From positions 7,192,001 through 7,256,000 of the forward strand of contig NC_043012.1 of NCBI RefSeq assembly GCF_006345805.1: DNA of 64,000 nucleotides, written 5' to 3'. The notes beneath the pieces were generated by a model. That model made no database searches. It was not told where the DNA came from and saw nothing but the letters and a program-made list of their open reading frames with translations. The translations under genes were made by a program, and so were the position numbers. The stretch comes from Octopus sinensis. Its lineage: Eukaryota. Below, one piece after another: positions 63,737-64,000 of the stretch. Numbering within the stretch: the stretch's first letter is position 1; every line of letters begins with the position of its first letter.

Positions 63737-64000
63737 TGAATATACTATAAATAAACAAACGACCTGCTTCGCTTAAGCCGATCAGCTAACTGATCAACAT
63801 CAACGAAGCACATGGGTGGGTTTATATATACTATATCCGGATGAATGGCAAACTTTTACGAATTGCATTTCGGGAGAGGAAAAGTTTTTTCGGAATAAAA
63901 ATTTAGCAATTAAGGACAACTACTTAATAAGGAAAACTTAACAAGAAATTGTCAGGTAGATAGCGTAAAAACCTCATAAGAGAAAAAATTTCGAAAATAA

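Larger units (their letters stand above)
62948..64000 (-). repeat. ~477-bp tandem repeat, 2.2 units, running off the window edge
   Basis: TAGCAATTAAGG recurs at 62951, 63428 and 63904. Confidence 0.95.

Noticed and set aside
62948-64000. CRISPR-like or coding interpretation of the tandem repeat
   Set aside because: Whole units repeat, there are no unique spacers, no cas genes and no ORF

Overview
AT-rich, repeat-saturated eukaryotic DNA with no recognisable host gene. The SINE families and microsatellite load look like a coleoid cephalopod (Octopus-like) intergenic or intronic region; this species assignment is inference. Contents: dozens of tRNA-derived SINEs in three families (my labels A, B, C, with B split into B1 and B2 by tail); non-LTR retrotransposon fragments of the CR1/L2, R4/Dong, Hero, Tx1 and Penelope types; one full-length 5.35-kb Tx1-type LINE; mariner/pogo MITEs; several fold-back elements; and long microsatellites. 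Most ORFs in the supplied track are microsatellite translations. Two systems stand out. (1) A ~477-bp tandem array at the right edge whose minus strand carries a type I hammerhead ribozyme fold (63207-63270), a candidate retrozyme or Penelope pLTR array. (2) A Tx1 LINE/SINE partnership: the B2 SINE shares the Tx1 3' tail, the full-length Tx1 sits inside a B2 SINE with nested TSDs, and B2 copies recur at the same site inside other B SINEs. All coordinates and identities were read by eye and need computational confirmation.
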